Source of the DNA: Occultella glacieicola
GTDB taxonomy: Bacteria; Actinomycetota; Actinomycetes; Actinomycetales; Beutenbergiaceae
DNA length: 64,000 nucleotides
Assembly: GCF_004353825.1 (NCBI RefSeq)
Contig: NZ_SMNA01000009.1
Span: 1 to 64,000, forward strand
Reading direction: 5' to 3'
Shown: in pieces, positions 10,053 through 20,216 of the stretch
Position numbering within the stretch: position 1 is the stretch's first letter
How the letters are laid out: each line of letters starts with the position of its first letter
The notes under the pieces: generated by a model
What the model was told of the DNA's origin: nothing
Database searches by the model: none
The model's input: the letters and a program-made list of their open reading frames with translations, nothing else
Made by a program: the position numbers and the translations under genes

Positions 10053-11659
10053 GCCCGCGCCGCCTGCTCGGTGGCGTCGCCGGGGCGGCGACGATGATCG
10101 CCGTCCTCACCGTGGCATCGCGCCTGCTCGGCTTCGGCCGATGGTGGGTGCAGGCCAAGACCGTCGGAGCGACCGCCGTCGGGAACGCCTACGCCACCGC
10201 GAACACGGTGCCGAACGTGCTCTACGAGGTGGTCGCCGGCGGGGCGCTCGCGGGTGCCGTGATCCCGCTGCTCGCGGCCCCGTTGGCCCGCAGGATCCAG
10301 GCCGACGTGGACCGGATCTCGTCCGCGCTGCTCACCTGGGCCGTGCTCGTGCTGACCCCGCTCGCGGTCGCGCTCACCCTGCTGGCCCGCCCCATCGCGG
10401 AGGCGCTGCCGCAGTCGGTCGGCGGAAACGCGGCCGCGCAGGAGGACCTGACCACCTACTTCCTGGTCGTCTTCGCCCCCCAGATGGTCCTCTACGGGAT
10501 CGGGGTGGTCCTGACCGGCATCCTGCAGGCCCACAAGCGCTTCCTCGCGCCGGCCCTGGCCCCGCTCGCGTCCTCGACGGTGGTCATCGTCAGCTACCTC
10601 GCGTTCGGCGCGCTCGCGAACGGCATGCAGGACCAGCCGGACCAGCTCTCCGACGCCGCCCTCGCGTGGCTGGCGTGGGGCACCACGGCCGGCGTTGCGG
10701 TGCTCTCCCTGCCGTTGCTGATCCCGGTCCGGCGTTGCGGGGTCCGGCTGCGCCCGGCGCTGCGGTTCCCGCCCGGGGTCGCCCGACGGGCGGGTTCGCT
10801 CGCCCTCGCCGGGATCGGTTCCCTCGTGGCCCAGCAGATCAGCGTCGTGGTGGTCGTGCTGCTCGCCCGGAGCGGTGGCGCCGAGGGCACGATCAACGTC
10901 TTCCAGTGGACCCAGGCGGTCTACCTGCTCCCGTACGCGGTGCTCGCGATCCCGCTCGCCACGGCCGTGTTCCCGCGTCTGGCCGAACTCGCCGCGGGCG
11001 GGAACCACAGCCAGTTCGCGCGCACCGCGGATTCCTCCACCCGGGCCGTGCTGGCCGTCTCCCTGCTCGGGGTGGGGGCACTGATCGCGGCCGCCCCTGC
11101 CGCCCAGGCGGTGTTCGCGATCGACAGCGAGACCACCGGCATGACGCTCGCCCTGACGCTGATGGCCCCGGGCATCGTCGGCCTGGCCATGATCTTCCAC
11201 GTCAGCCGGGCACTGTTCGCGATCGACCGGCAACGGGTGGCCGTGGCCGCGACCGCGGCCGGCTGGCTGGTCGTGACGCTCGCGTGCGTGGTCGGTGTGC
11301 GCGTGGTGGCACCCGACGGCGGAGCGCCCGTGGCCACGCTGGCCGCCCTTGGTCTGGGGCACAGCATTGGGATGACCGTGGCCGGGGTGGCCCTGCTCGT
11401 CGCGTTCGCGAGGGCGTTGCCCGGCGCGGTCACGCGCGCGTGCACGCGGACGGTCGCGGTCGCCGGTGGTGGGGCGGTGGTGGGCGCGCTGGTGGGCCGG
11501 TGGGCCACGGACGCGGTCCTCGACCTCGCCGGGCGTTCCGTGCTCGCCGCCGTGATGGCCGCGCTGCTCGGCGGGATCCTCGCCGCGGCGGCCGTCTGCG
11601 GTGCGGTGTTCGCCGCGGACCGTGGCATCCTGAGCATCTTGAGGAGGGCGCGTGCCTGA
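10049..11659 (+). CDS. MurJ/MviN family lipid-linked precursor flippase
   Basis: SRLLGFGR, AYATANTVPNVLYEVVAGGAL, LATAVFPRL; many TM segments. Confidence 0.85.
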   Translation: MSPRRLLGGVAGAATMIAVLTVASRLLGFGRWWVQAKTVGATAVGNAYATANTVPNVLYEVVAGGALAGAVIPLLAAPLARRIQADVDRISSALLTWAVLVLTPLAVALTLLARPIAEALPQSVGGNAAAQEDLTTYFLVVFAPQMVLYGIGVVLTGILQAHKRFLAPALAPLASSTVVIVSYLAFGALANGMQDQPDQLSDAALAWLAWGTTAGVAVLSLPLLIPVRRCGVRLRPALRFPPGVARRAGSLALAGIGSLVAQQISVVVVVLLARSGGAEGTINVFQWTQAVYLLPYAVLAIPLATAVFPRLAELAAGGNHSQFARTADSSTRAVLAVSLLGVGALIAAAPAAQAVFAIDSETTGMTLALTLMAPGIVGLAMIFHVSRALFAIDRQRVAVAATAAGWLVVTLACVVGVRVVAPDGGAPVATLAALGLGHSIGMTVAGVALLVAFARALPGAVTRACTRTVAVAGGGAVVGALVGRWATDAVLDLAGRSVLAAVMAALLGGILAAAAVCGAVFAADRGILSILRRARA

Positions 11660-12749
11660 ACTGCGGATCGTGCAACTCACCGGCTCCAGCGACGGTGGGG
11701 TCGGCCGGCACGCCCGGGAACTGGCCGAACACCTGGCCGCCGAGCACCGGGTGATCCTCGCCGGCCCGCCCGGGGTGGTCAGCGGCGTCGCCGACGGCGT
11801 GCACACCCAGCAGGTGACGATCGCCGACCGGCCCCGGGTGGCGGACGCGAACGCGGTCGCCCGGATCCGCACCATCGCCCGCCGCGCGGACGTGGTGCAC
11901 GCCCACGGGCTACGGGCCGGAGCGCTCGCCGCACTGGCGATGACACCACCCGGCACCGGTCCCGACCGCACCGCGCTCGTGGTCACGCTGCACAACGCCC
12001 CGGTCGGCGGGGTCGGCATGCGGACCGTGGCAGCCGGACTGGAGCGGCTCATCTTCGCCCGTGCGGATGCCGTGCTCGGCGTCAGCGGGGACCTGGTGGA
12101 ACACGCCCGCGCGCACGGGGCCAAGCTCGCGCAGCGTGCCCTGGTGCCTGCGCCGCCACGGCGCGGCGGGCCACCGACCCCCCTGGACGCCGAGGATCGC
12201 CGCAAGCTCGGGATCTCACCCGAGCACCCGATGGTGCTCACAGCCGCCCGGTTGGCCCCGCAGAAGGGCCTCGGCCTGCTCGCCGACGCCGCGGCCCTGC
12301 TCGCGGACCGGGCACCGACCGCACGCTGGCTGGTGGCCGGCTCCGGCCCGCTGCTCGACGAGCTCGCCGACCAGGTGCTGGGGGAGGACCTCCCGGTGAT
12401 CCTGCTCGGGTGGCGCGACGACCTGGCTGCCCTGATGGCCACGGCCGACGTCGTGGTCAGCACCAGCGCCTGGGAGGGACAGCCACTGAACCTGCAGGAG
12501 GCCCTCGCGGCCGGTGCGCCGATCGTCGCGACGGACGTGGGTGGCACCGCCGAGGTCACCGGCGGCGCGGCCGAGCTGGTGCCCTACCCGGACGCGGACG
12601 CCCTGGCGGCCCGCATCACCGCCGTCCTGTCCGATCCACAGCGGCGTCGGGACATGCGCGCGGCCTCGCTGACCCGGGCCGCGGAGCTGCCGACGGCGTC
12701 CGACGCGCTCGCTCAGGTGCTCGGGATCTACACAACGGTGATAGCGTAA
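11652..12749 (+). CDS. GT4 (GT-B) glycosyltransferase
   Basis: GGVGRH, VVHAHGLRAG, RLAPQKG, WEGQPLNLQEA (EX7E), TDVGG. Confidence 0.9.
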   Translation: MPELRIVQLTGSSDGGVGRHARELAEHLAAEHRVILAGPPGVVSGVADGVHTQQVTIADRPRVADANAVARIRTIARRADVVHAHGLRAGALAALAMTPPGTGPDRTALVVTLHNAPVGGVGMRTVAAGLERLIFARADAVLGVSGDLVEHARAHGAKLAQRALVPAPPRRGGPPTPLDAEDRRKLGISPEHPMVLTAARLAPQKGLGLLADAAALLADRAPTARWLVAGSGPLLDELADQVLGEDLPVILLGWRDDLAALMATADVVVSTSAWEGQPLNLQEALAAGAPIVATDVGGTAEVTGGAAELVPYPDADALAARITAVLSDPQRRRDMRAASLTRAAELPTASDALAQVLGIYTTVIA

Positions 12750-12755
12750 AAGTCC

Positions 12756-14471
12756 GTGGTGAACTCTTCGGACCGGTACGCCGGCAACCTGGCCAACATC
12801 CCGCGTCATATCTTCGTGACGGGCGGTGTGGCCTCCTCGCTCGGCAAGGGTCTGACCGCCTCCAGCCTGGGGCACCTGCTCCGCGCCCGGGGGCTGCGGG
12901 TGACCATGCAGAAACTGGACCCGTACATCAACGTCGATCCCGGCACGATGAACCCGTTCCAGCACGGTGAGGTGTTCGTCACAGAGGACGGCGCCGAGAC
13001 GGACCTGGACATCGGCCACTACGAGCGCTTCCTCGACGTGGACCTCAACGCCGGGGCGAACGTCACCACCGGGGTCGTGTACTCGACCGTGATCGCCAAG
13101 GAGCGGCGCGGTGAGTACCTCGGGGACACCGTTCAGGTGATCCCGCACATCACCGACGAGATCAAGGCGCGGATGCGCGCCCAAGCCACCCCCGCGGCAG
13201 GCCAGCAGGCACCGGACGTCATCATCACCGAGATCGGTGGCACCGTCGGCGACATCGAGTCCCAGCCGTTCATCGAGGCGGCCCGCCAGGTGCGCCAGGA
13301 CATCGGCCGGGACAACGTGTTCTTCGTGCATGTGTCCCTGGTGCCCTACCTGGCGCCCAGCGGCGAACTCAAGACCAAGCCCACCCAGCACTCCGTGGCC
13401 GCCCTGCGCAGCATCGGCATCCAGCCCGACGCCATCGTCTGCCGGGCGGACCGGGACATCCCCGAGTCCGTCAAGGGCAAGATCGCCGCGATGTGCGACG
13501 TCGACCGCGAGGCCGTCATCACGTGCGTCGACGCCCCGAGCATCTACGACATCCCGAAGGTGCTGCACAGCGAGGGCCTGGACGCCTACGTGGTGCGCCG
13601 CCTCGCGATCCCGTTCCGGGACGTCGAATGGGACACCTGGCACGGGCTGCTGGACCGGGTGCATCACCCGGCCGACGAGGTCGAGGTGGCCCTGGTCGGC
13701 AAGTACATCGACCTGCCCGACGCCTACCTGTCGGTCACCGAGGCGCTGCGCGCCGGCGGCTTCCACGAGAACAGCCGGGTCAACATCCGGTGGGTGGCCT
13801 CCGACGACTGCGACACCGAGGCCGGTGCCCGCAAGGCCCTGCACGCCGTTGACGCCGTGCTCATCCCGGGAGGATTCGGGGTCCGCGGCATCGAGGGCAA
13901 GCTCGGTGCGTTGCGGTGGGCCCGTGAGCAGCAGGTTCCCACGCTCGGCATCTGTCTGGGTCTTCAGTGCATGGTGATCGAGTACGCCCGCAACGTGCTC
14001 GGTCTCGCCCGTGCCTCCTCAACGGAGTTCGACCCGGACACCCCCGACCCGGTGGTCGCGACCATGGAGGAGCAGCTCGAGATCGTCGGCGGCGAGGGAG
14101 ACCTCGGCGGCACGATGCGCCTCGGCAGCTACCAGGCGGTCCTCACGCCCGGTTCCGTGGTCGCGCAGACCTACGGGTCGGAACAGGTGTCCGAGCGGCA
14201 CCGGCACCGCTACGAGGTGAACAACTCCTACCGCGACGTCCTGGCCGCGGCCGGCCTGCAGATCAGCGGACGGTCCCCGGACTCCTCGCTCGTGGAGTTC
14301 GTCGAGCTGGACCGTGAGCAGCACCCGTACTACGTCGCCACGCAGGCCCACCCGGAGTTCAAGTCCCGGCCCACCCGGGCGCACCCGCTGTTCATCGGTC
14401 TGATCGCGGCCGCACTCGGCCGGCAGCGGGAGACCCGGCTGCTCGAGGTCGAGCCGGCGCGCAATGCCTGA
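12756..14471 (+). CDS. pyrG: CTP synthase
   Basis: [39 protein letters not shown]. Confidence 0.98.
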   Translation: MVNSSDRYAGNLANIPRHIFVTGGVASSLGKGLTASSLGHLLRARGLRVTMQKLDPYINVDPGTMNPFQHGEVFVTEDGAETDLDIGHYERFLDVDLNAGANVTTGVVYSTVIAKERRGEYLGDTVQVIPHITDEIKARMRAQATPAAGQQAPDVIITEIGGTVGDIESQPFIEAARQVRQDIGRDNVFFVHVSLVPYLAPSGELKTKPTQHSVAALRSIGIQPDAIVCRADRDIPESVKGKIAAMCDVDREAVITCVDAPSIYDIPKVLHSEGLDAYVVRRLAIPFRDVEWDTWHGLLDRVHHPADEVEVALVGKYIDLPDAYLSVTEALRAGGFHENSRVNIRWVASDDCDTEAGARKALHAVDAVLIPGGFGVRGIEGKLGALRWAREQQVPTLGICLGLQCMVIEYARNVLGLARASSTEFDPDTPDPVVATMEEQLEIVGGEGDLGGTMRLGSYQAVLTPGSVVAQTYGSEQVSERHRHRYEVNNSYRDVLAAAGLQISGRSPDSSLVEFVELDREQHPYYVATQAHPEFKSRPTRAHPLFIGLIAAALGRQRETRLLEVEPARNA

Positions 14472-15123
14472 CGGCGGAACCCGGCCGGATCCGGTGCCGG
14501 TCCTTCTGCCGGGGCCGGTCGCGGACGAGCCCGCGGCGCTGCCGGTCACGGACTCCCGCACGATCCACTCCGGCCGGGTGTTCGACATCGTCGCCGAGAC
14601 GGTCGACCTCGGCGATGCCGGCGCAGTGCACCGGGAGTTCATGAAGCACCCGGGTGCCGTGGCCGTGGTGGCCCTGGACACCGAGGACCGGGTGCTGTTG
14701 CTGCGCCAGTACCGCCACCCGGTCCGGTCCTATCTGTGGGAGGTGCCGGCGGGCCTGCTGGACGTCGCCGACGAACCGCTCGTGGATGCCGCCGCCCGCG
14801 AACTCGCCGAGGAGGCGGACCTGCAGGCGGCCCGCTGGGACACGCTCGTGGACTACTACACGAGCCCCGGTGGCTCCGACGAGGCGCTGCGGATCTTCCT
14901 CGCCCGGGACCTCAGCGACGTCCCCGAGGGTGGCACGTTCACCCGCGAGGGCGAGGAGGCCGGAATGGAGCTGCGCTGGGTGCCGCTCGCCGACGCCGTC
15001 GCCCTCGTCCTGGTCGGTGCGCTGCACAACCCGAGCGCGGTCGCCGGGCTACTGGCCCTGCAGGCGGCTCGCGCCACCGGCCTGAGCGGGCTCCGGCCCG
15101 CCGACGCTCCCTGGGTGCGCTGA
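14464..15123 (+). CDS. NUDIX hydrolase (ADP-ribose pyrophosphatase-like)
   Basis: HPGAVAV, QYRHP, Nudix box AGLLD...[15 protein letters not shown]. Confidence 0.92.
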   Translation: MPDGGTRPDPVPVLLPGPVADEPAALPVTDSRTIHSGRVFDIVAETVDLGDAGAVHREFMKHPGAVAVVALDTEDRVLLLRQYRHPVRSYLWEVPAGLLDVADEPLVDAAARELAEEADLQAARWDTLVDYYTSPGGSDEALRIFLARDLSDVPEGGTFTREGEEAGMELRWVPLADAVALVLVGALHNPSAVAGLLALQAARATGLSGLRPADAPWVR

Positions 15124-15138
15124 CGAGACGGACCGACC

Positions 15139-16125
15139 TCAGGCCGCGCCGGCGTCGACCGACGTGACCGACCCGGCCGCGGCCGGGGTGACCGGGCGGA
15201 TCCGCAGGCCGAACACCGCGACGGTCGTCGCGACGATCAGCAGCGCCGAGCCCACCAGGTGCATGCCCACCACGAGCTCGGGCAAGCCGTTGAAGTACTG
15301 GTAGTAGCCGATGGCCCCCTGCAGGGCCGTCACCGCGACCAGCACCCACCCGCGCCGACGCGCCGTGACCAGCGCCGCTGCGCCGTCGGGCACGTCGGCC
15401 TGCGGCCGAGCCCGGTACAGAGCCACCAGCAGCAGCCCCAGCACGCCCACGAACACCCAGACGGTGCCGGAGTGGAACCTGGTGACCAGCAACGGGTCGA
15501 CGGCGAACCGGTAGCCGACCTCATCGTCGCCGGAGTGCGGGCCGGCTCCGGTGACGACGACCCCGAGGACCACCACGAGGCCAGCCAGCGCGGCGAGCAC
15601 CCGGCCCAGCACCCGCACCGCGGGTGCCACCACCGATACGGGCGCCCCGTCGCCCTCGCGCCACCGCAGCAACAACACGGTGGACACCCAGACCAGGGCC
15701 GCCGAGAGCAGGAAGTGTGAGCCCACGATCACCGGGTGCAGCTCGATCAGCACCGTGATGCCACCGACCACGGCCTGGACGAGCACCCCGATCAGCGGGA
15801 CCAGTGCGAGCCGGCGGAAGCCCCGGTCCCGCACCGGCGTGACGCCCGCGCGCTCCTGGGTGAACACGAGCAGCACCACGGCTGCGGAGATGGCCACCAG
15901 CACTCCGGACATGGTCCGGTTCCCGAACTCCACGAACGGGTGGTAGGTGGCAGCCTCGTGGAACGTCGGCGCGAACTGGCCCGGCTCGCACTGCGGCCAC
16001 GTGGAGCAGCCCAGGCCGGAGCCGGTCAGGCGCACCGCACCCCCGGTGCCGATGATGAGGATCTGGCCGATCAGGTTCGCGACGATGGCGGCGCCGGTGA
16101 GTTTGGTGTGGGTTGCGGGGGACAC
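15139..16125 (-). CDS. COX15/CtaA family heme A synthase
   Basis: GGAVRLTGSGLGCSTWPQC, EFGNR, GAGPHSGD, conserved His residues. Confidence 0.9.
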   Translation of the reverse strand: MSPATHTKLTGAAIVANLIGQILIIGTGGAVRLTGSGLGCSTWPQCEPGQFAPTFHEAATYHPFVEFGNRTMSGVLVAISAAVVLLVFTQERAGVTPVRDRGFRRLALVPLIGVLVQAVVGGITVLIELHPVIVGSHFLLSAALVWVSTVLLLRWREGDGAPVSVVAPAVRVLGRVLAALAGLVVVLGVVVTGAGPHSGDDEVGYRFAVDPLLVTRFHSGTVWVFVGVLGLLLVALYRARPQADVPDGAAALVTARRRGWVLVAVTALQGAIGYYQYFNGLPELVVGMHLVGSALLIVATTVAVFGLRIRPVTPAAAGSVTSVDAGAA

Positions 16126-16146
16126 ATGCCTACGGTAATGCGAGAG

Positions 16147-16902
16147 TCAGTCCCACTTGAACCAGCGCACGGTCGCGGCGCTGAACGCGGCAGTCCAGGC
16201 GGCGAGTACGGCCAGCGCGACCCATGTGGTGGCCGAGGGGCCCGGGCCCAGTGCCGTGCGCATCGCCTCCCCGAGGGCGCCCGAGGGCAGGAACCGGGTC
16301 ACATCGCCCGCGGGGAGCAGGATGCCTCCGCCGACCACGAGCAGCAGCCAGAGCAGGTTCGCTCCGGCAAGGACCGCTTCGGCGCGCAGGGTCCCGGCGA
16401 GCAGCAGGGCCAGGGCCGTGAAGGCACCGGTACCGAGCACCACCGCCAGCAGCGCGGCTCCGACCCCGGCCGGGTTCGGCTGCCAGCCGAGGGCGAGCGC
16501 GAGGCCGCCGAGGATCACGACCTGCACGGCCTCCATCGCGAACACCCCGAGCACCTTGCCGCCGAGCAGGCCGCCACGTCCGAGCGGGGTCGTGGCCAGC
16601 AGGCGCAGTGCGCCGGCGCGCCGGTCGAAGCCGGTGGAGATCGCCTGGGAGGTGAACGCGGTGGACATCACCGCCAGGGCCAGCACCCCCGGCGCGGCGA
16701 CGTCGATGACCGGGGTGTCGCCGGTGTCCAGGCGGATCAGGTCGGTCCGCACGAGCACCACGAGCATCAGCGCCGGCAGGATCAGGGTGAGCAGGAGCTG
16801 CTCGCCGTTGCGGAGCAGGTTGCGCAGTTCGAACCCGCCGTGCGCCACCACCCGGCGGGGCCACGGCGCGCCACCCGCGTGCGGGCGCGTGGTGAGCGTC
16901 AT
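16147..16902 (-). CDS. ABC-2 type transporter permease (Rv1457c-like)
   Basis: LLRNGEQLLL, STAFTSQAISTGFDRR, ends WFKWD. Confidence 0.9.
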   Translation of the reverse strand: MTLTTRPHAGGAPWPRRVVAHGGFELRNLLRNGEQLLLTLILPALMLVVLVRTDLIRLDTGDTPVIDVAAPGVLALAVMSTAFTSQAISTGFDRRAGALRLLATTPLGRGGLLGGKVLGVFAMEAVQVVILGGLALALGWQPNPAGVGAALLAVVLGTGAFTALALLLAGTLRAEAVLAGANLLWLLLVVGGGILLPAGDVTRFLPSGALGEAMRTALGPGPSATTWVALAVLAAWTAAFSAATVRWFKWD

Positions 16903-17759
16903 CGCAGGCTCCGTCCGGTCAGGTCGAGGAAGACGTCCTCGAGGGTGCGGACCCCATCCTCGAGCTCAAGGGTCAGTCCGTGCGTGTCCGCGAGCTCGGC
17001 GAGGTCGGCCCGGGCGGCCGGCGTCAGCGGGCCACGGAGCCGAGCGGCGTCCGGCGTGCGCGTCGCTCGGGCGCCGGCCACGGGTCCGGTCAGCTCGGCC
17101 ACCGTGCCCTGGGCCAGGACGGCGCCGTGGTCGATGATCGCGACGTGGTCGGCGAGCCGGGCCGCCTCGTCCATCAGGTGGGTGCTCAGGATGACGCTGA
17201 CCCCGTCGGCCCGGAGTGTCTCGACCAGGTCCCAGACCACCAGCCGCGCCTGCGGGTCCAGGCCGGCGCTGGGCTCGTCCAGGAACACCAGATCCGGTCG
17301 GCCGACGAGGGCGATCGCCAGAGCAAGACGTTGGCGCTGGCCACCGGACAGGCGCCGCACCGACGTCCGCGCGAACGCGTCGAGGCCGAGCAGGTCGACG
17401 AGCTCCTCGACGTCCCGGGGGGCGGCGTACATCCTGGCCACGTGGCGCAGCAGTTCCAGGGGCCGGGCCATGATCGGCAGGCCACCGTCCTGGACCATGA
17501 CGCCGACCCGTGGCCGCAGCCGGGCCGCATCCCGACGGGGGTCGAGCCCGAGCACCCGTACGGTCCCGCCGTCGGCGGCCTGCAGACCCTCGCAGATCTC
17601 CATCAGTGTGGTCTTGCCGGCGCCGTTCGGTCCGAGGATCGCGGTCACGGCCCCCTGACTGGCCTTCAGCGACAGGGATCTGAGGGCACGGGTGTCACCG
17701 AAGGACTTCGTGACACCCTCGAGTTCGAGGCACCAGTGATCGGTGCCGGCTGCGAGCAT
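16899..17759 (-). CDS. ABC transporter ATP-binding protein (Rv1458c-like); start uncertain
   Basis: GPNGAGKTT, LSGGQ, FLDEP, STH. Confidence 0.9.
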   Translation of the reverse strand: MLAAGTDHWCLELEGVTKSFGDTRALRSLSLKASQGAVTAILGPNGAGKTTLMEICEGLQAADGGTVRVLGLDPRRDAARLRPRVGVMVQDGGLPIMARPLELLRHVARMYAAPRDVEELVDLLGLDAFARTSVRRLSGGQRQRLALAIALVGRPDLVFLDEPSAGLDPQARLVVWDLVETLRADGVSVILSTHLMDEAARLADHVAIIDHGAVLAQGTVAELTGPVAGARATRTPDAARLRGPLTPAARADLAELADTHGLTLELEDGVRTLEDVFLDLTGRSLR

Positions 17760-17934
17760 CCCGTCAGCGTAGTGCGGATCGGGAGTGGCCCGGATCTGTG
17801 GCGTGTCTCTCATTTCTCGGATGGTGGACACGCCGGTTCCGGCCCGCGATCACGGCAAGGGGCGACCTCCCGCGGGGCGGTGGCGCCGATCGGAGCGGTT
17901 CGCCGCGCGAGGGCGAGGCCGTCGGAGAGCCGAA

Positions 17935-17953
17935 TAAGGCTAGCCTTGCTTGC
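17935..17953. promoter_or_regulatory. Candidate IdeR/DtxR iron box
   Basis: TAAGGCTAGCCTTGCTTGC matches TWAGGTWAGSCTWACCTWA at 14/19 positions; upstream of suf. Confidence 0.6.
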
Positions 17954-17961
17954 CGGGAAGC

Positions 17962-17989
17962 ATTTGGGCAACGAAAATGTTGGATAAAT
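17962..17989. promoter_or_regulatory. Candidate SufR operator / suf promoter
   Basis: AT-rich imperfect inverted repeat ATTTgggCAAC-N6-GTTGgatAAAT upstream of sufR. Confidence 0.55.
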
Positions 17990-18075
17990 CGAGGGCATGC
18001 CCATGCCCATCGAGCAGGGGCCATCGAGTGTGGGCACCACGACAGCAGGCCCATCGACACCAGGAGGTGAGGCGC

Positions 18076-18774
18076 GTGACGACCGAACCGGTCGAGGACT
18101 CCGAGTCCAGCACTCGTGAACGCGTCCTCGCGCTGATCGTCGAACTCGGGCCGGTCACGGCCGCGGTGCTCGCGCAGCGACTCGACCTGACGTCCGCCGC
18201 GATCCGACGGCACCTGTCCGCGCTCGACTCCGGCGGCCAGATCGCCGAGCGGGAGGATGCCACGCACGCCCCACGCCGGCGCGGGCGACCCGCCAAGCAG
18301 TACATCGCGACGGCGGCGGCCCACAGCCACCTCGGTCAGGCCTCCGCGGACCTGGCGGTGCATGCACTCGAGCACCTCGCCAAGGTGCTCGGGCCGGGCG
18401 CCGTCGAAGGCTTCGCCGAGGAACGCTCGGCGGAACTGCGCCGCCGGTACGCCGCCGCCGTGGGCGGCGCCGGACCGGACCTGCCCGCTCGCACCGCGGC
18501 CCTCGCGGAGGCGCTCAGCAAGGACGGCTACGCCGCCACCTCCCGCCCCTTCGGGAACGGCGTGGCCGTGCAACTGTGCCAGGGCCACTGCCCGGTGCAG
18601 GAGATCGCGACCCAGTTCCCCCAGCTGTGTGAGGCGGAGACCCGCGCGTTCTCCGACCTCCTCGGCGTCCATGTCCAACGGCTCGCCACCCTCGCCGGTG
18701 GAGAGCACGTGTGCACGACCCATATCCCGGTGACGATCCCGACCCGTGCGGAAGGAAAGAGAACACGCCCATGA
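18076..18774 (+). CDS. sufR: SufR Fe-S-sensing HTH regulator
   Basis: AGGAGG RBS before GTG; wHTH IRRHL...RGRP; CQGHCP, LCEAE, HVCTT cysteines; first gene of the suf operon. Confidence 0.9.
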   Translation: MTTEPVEDSESSTRERVLALIVELGPVTAAVLAQRLDLTSAAIRRHLSALDSGGQIAEREDATHAPRRRGRPAKQYIATAAAHSHLGQASADLAVHALEHLAKVLGPGAVEGFAEERSAELRRRYAAAVGGAGPDLPARTAALAEALSKDGYAATSRPFGNGVAVQLCQGHCPVQEIATQFPQLCEAETRAFSDLLGVHVQRLATLAGGEHVCTTHIPVTIPTRAEGKRTRP

Positions 18775-20216
18775 CGACACCGACCGAGACCACCCCCACG
18801 ACAGAACCGATGACGCAGGACGAGACCATCGCGTCCATCGGCAACTACAACTACGGCTGGCACGACGCCGACGACGCCGGTGCGAACGCCACCCGGGGAC
18901 TCTCGGAGGACGTGGTCCGCAACATCTCGCACCTCAAGGGCGAGTCGGAGTGGATGCTGAAGACCCGGCTGAAGGCGCTGCGGCTGTTCGACAAGAAGCC
19001 GATGCCGAACTGGGGCGCCGACCTCACCGGGATCGACTTCGACAACATCAAGTACTTCGTGCGGTCGACCGAGAAGCAGGCGCAGAGCTGGGAGGACCTC
19101 CCCGAGGAGATCAAGACCACCTACGACAAGCTCGGCATCCCGGAGGCGGAGAAGCAGCGCCTCGTGGCCGGCGTCGCGGCCCAGTACGAGTCCGAGGTGG
19201 TCTACCACCAGATCAACGAGGAGCTCGAGCGCCAGGGTGTGCTGTTCCTCGACACCGACACGGCGCTGCGCGAGCACCCGGAGATCTTCGAGGAGTACTT
19301 CGGCTCGGTGATCCCCTCCGGTGACAACAAGTTCGCCGCCCTGAACACCGCGGTCTGGTCCGGTGGGTCGTTCGTGTACGTGCCGCCGGGCGTGCACGTG
19401 GAGATCCCGCTGCAGGCCTACTTCCGGATCAACACCGAGAACATGGGTCAGTTCGAGCGGACCCTGATCATCGCCGACGAGGGCTCCTACGTGCACTACG
19501 TGGAGGGCTGCACGGCGCCGATCTACTCCTCCGACTCGCTGCACTCGGCGGTCGTGGAGATCATCGTCAAGAAGAACGCGCGGGTCCGGTACACGACGAT
19601 CCAGAACTGGTCGAACAACGTGTACAACCTCGTCACCAAGCGGGCCACCGCCGCCGAGGGCGCCACCATGGAGTGGATCGACGGGAACATCGGTTCCAAG
19701 GTCACCATGAAGTACCCGGCCGTCTACCTGACCGGGGAGCACGCCCGGGGTGAGACCCTCTCGATCGCGTTCGCCGGCGAGGGGCAGCACCAGGACACCG
19801 GTTCGAAGATGGTGCACATGGCGCCGCACACGTCCTCCTCCATCGTCTCGAAGTCCGTGGCGAGGGGCGGTGGCCGGGCGTCCTATCGGGGCCTGGTCCA
19901 GGTGCTCGACGGCGCCGAGGCATCCAAGTCGAACGTGCTCTGTGACGCGCTCCTGGTGGACACGATCTCCCGGTCGGACACCTACCCCTATGTGGACGTG
20001 CGCGAGGACGACGTCGAGATGGGCCACGAGGCCACGGTGTCGAAGGTGAGCGAGGACCAGCTCTTCTACCTGATGTCCCGCGGACTGCCGGAGACCGAGG
20101 CGATGGCCATGATCGTCCGGGGCTTCGTGGAACCGATCGCCCGCGAGCTCCCGATGGAGTACGCGCTCGAACTGAACCGACTGATCGAACTGCAGATGGA
20201 AGGGGCCGTCGGCTGA
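18771..20216 (+). CDS. sufB: Fe-S cluster assembly protein SufB
   Basis: [33 protein letters not shown]. Confidence 0.97.
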   Translation: MTTPTETTPTTEPMTQDETIASIGNYNYGWHDADDAGANATRGLSEDVVRNISHLKGESEWMLKTRLKALRLFDKKPMPNWGADLTGIDFDNIKYFVRSTEKQAQSWEDLPEEIKTTYDKLGIPEAEKQRLVAGVAAQYESEVVYHQINEELERQGVLFLDTDTALREHPEIFEEYFGSVIPSGDNKFAALNTAVWSGGSFVYVPPGVHVEIPLQAYFRINTENMGQFERTLIIADEGSYVHYVEGCTAPIYSSDSLHSAVVEIIVKKNARVRYTTIQNWSNNVYNLVTKRATAAEGATMEWIDGNIGSKVTMKYPAVYLTGEHARGETLSIAFAGEGQHQDTGSKMVHMAPHTSSSIVSKSVARGGGRASYRGLVQVLDGAEASKSNVLCDALLVDTISRSDTYPYVDVREDDVEMGHEATVSKVSEDQLFYLMSRGLPETEAMAMIVRGFVEPIARELPMEYALELNRLIELQMEGAVG

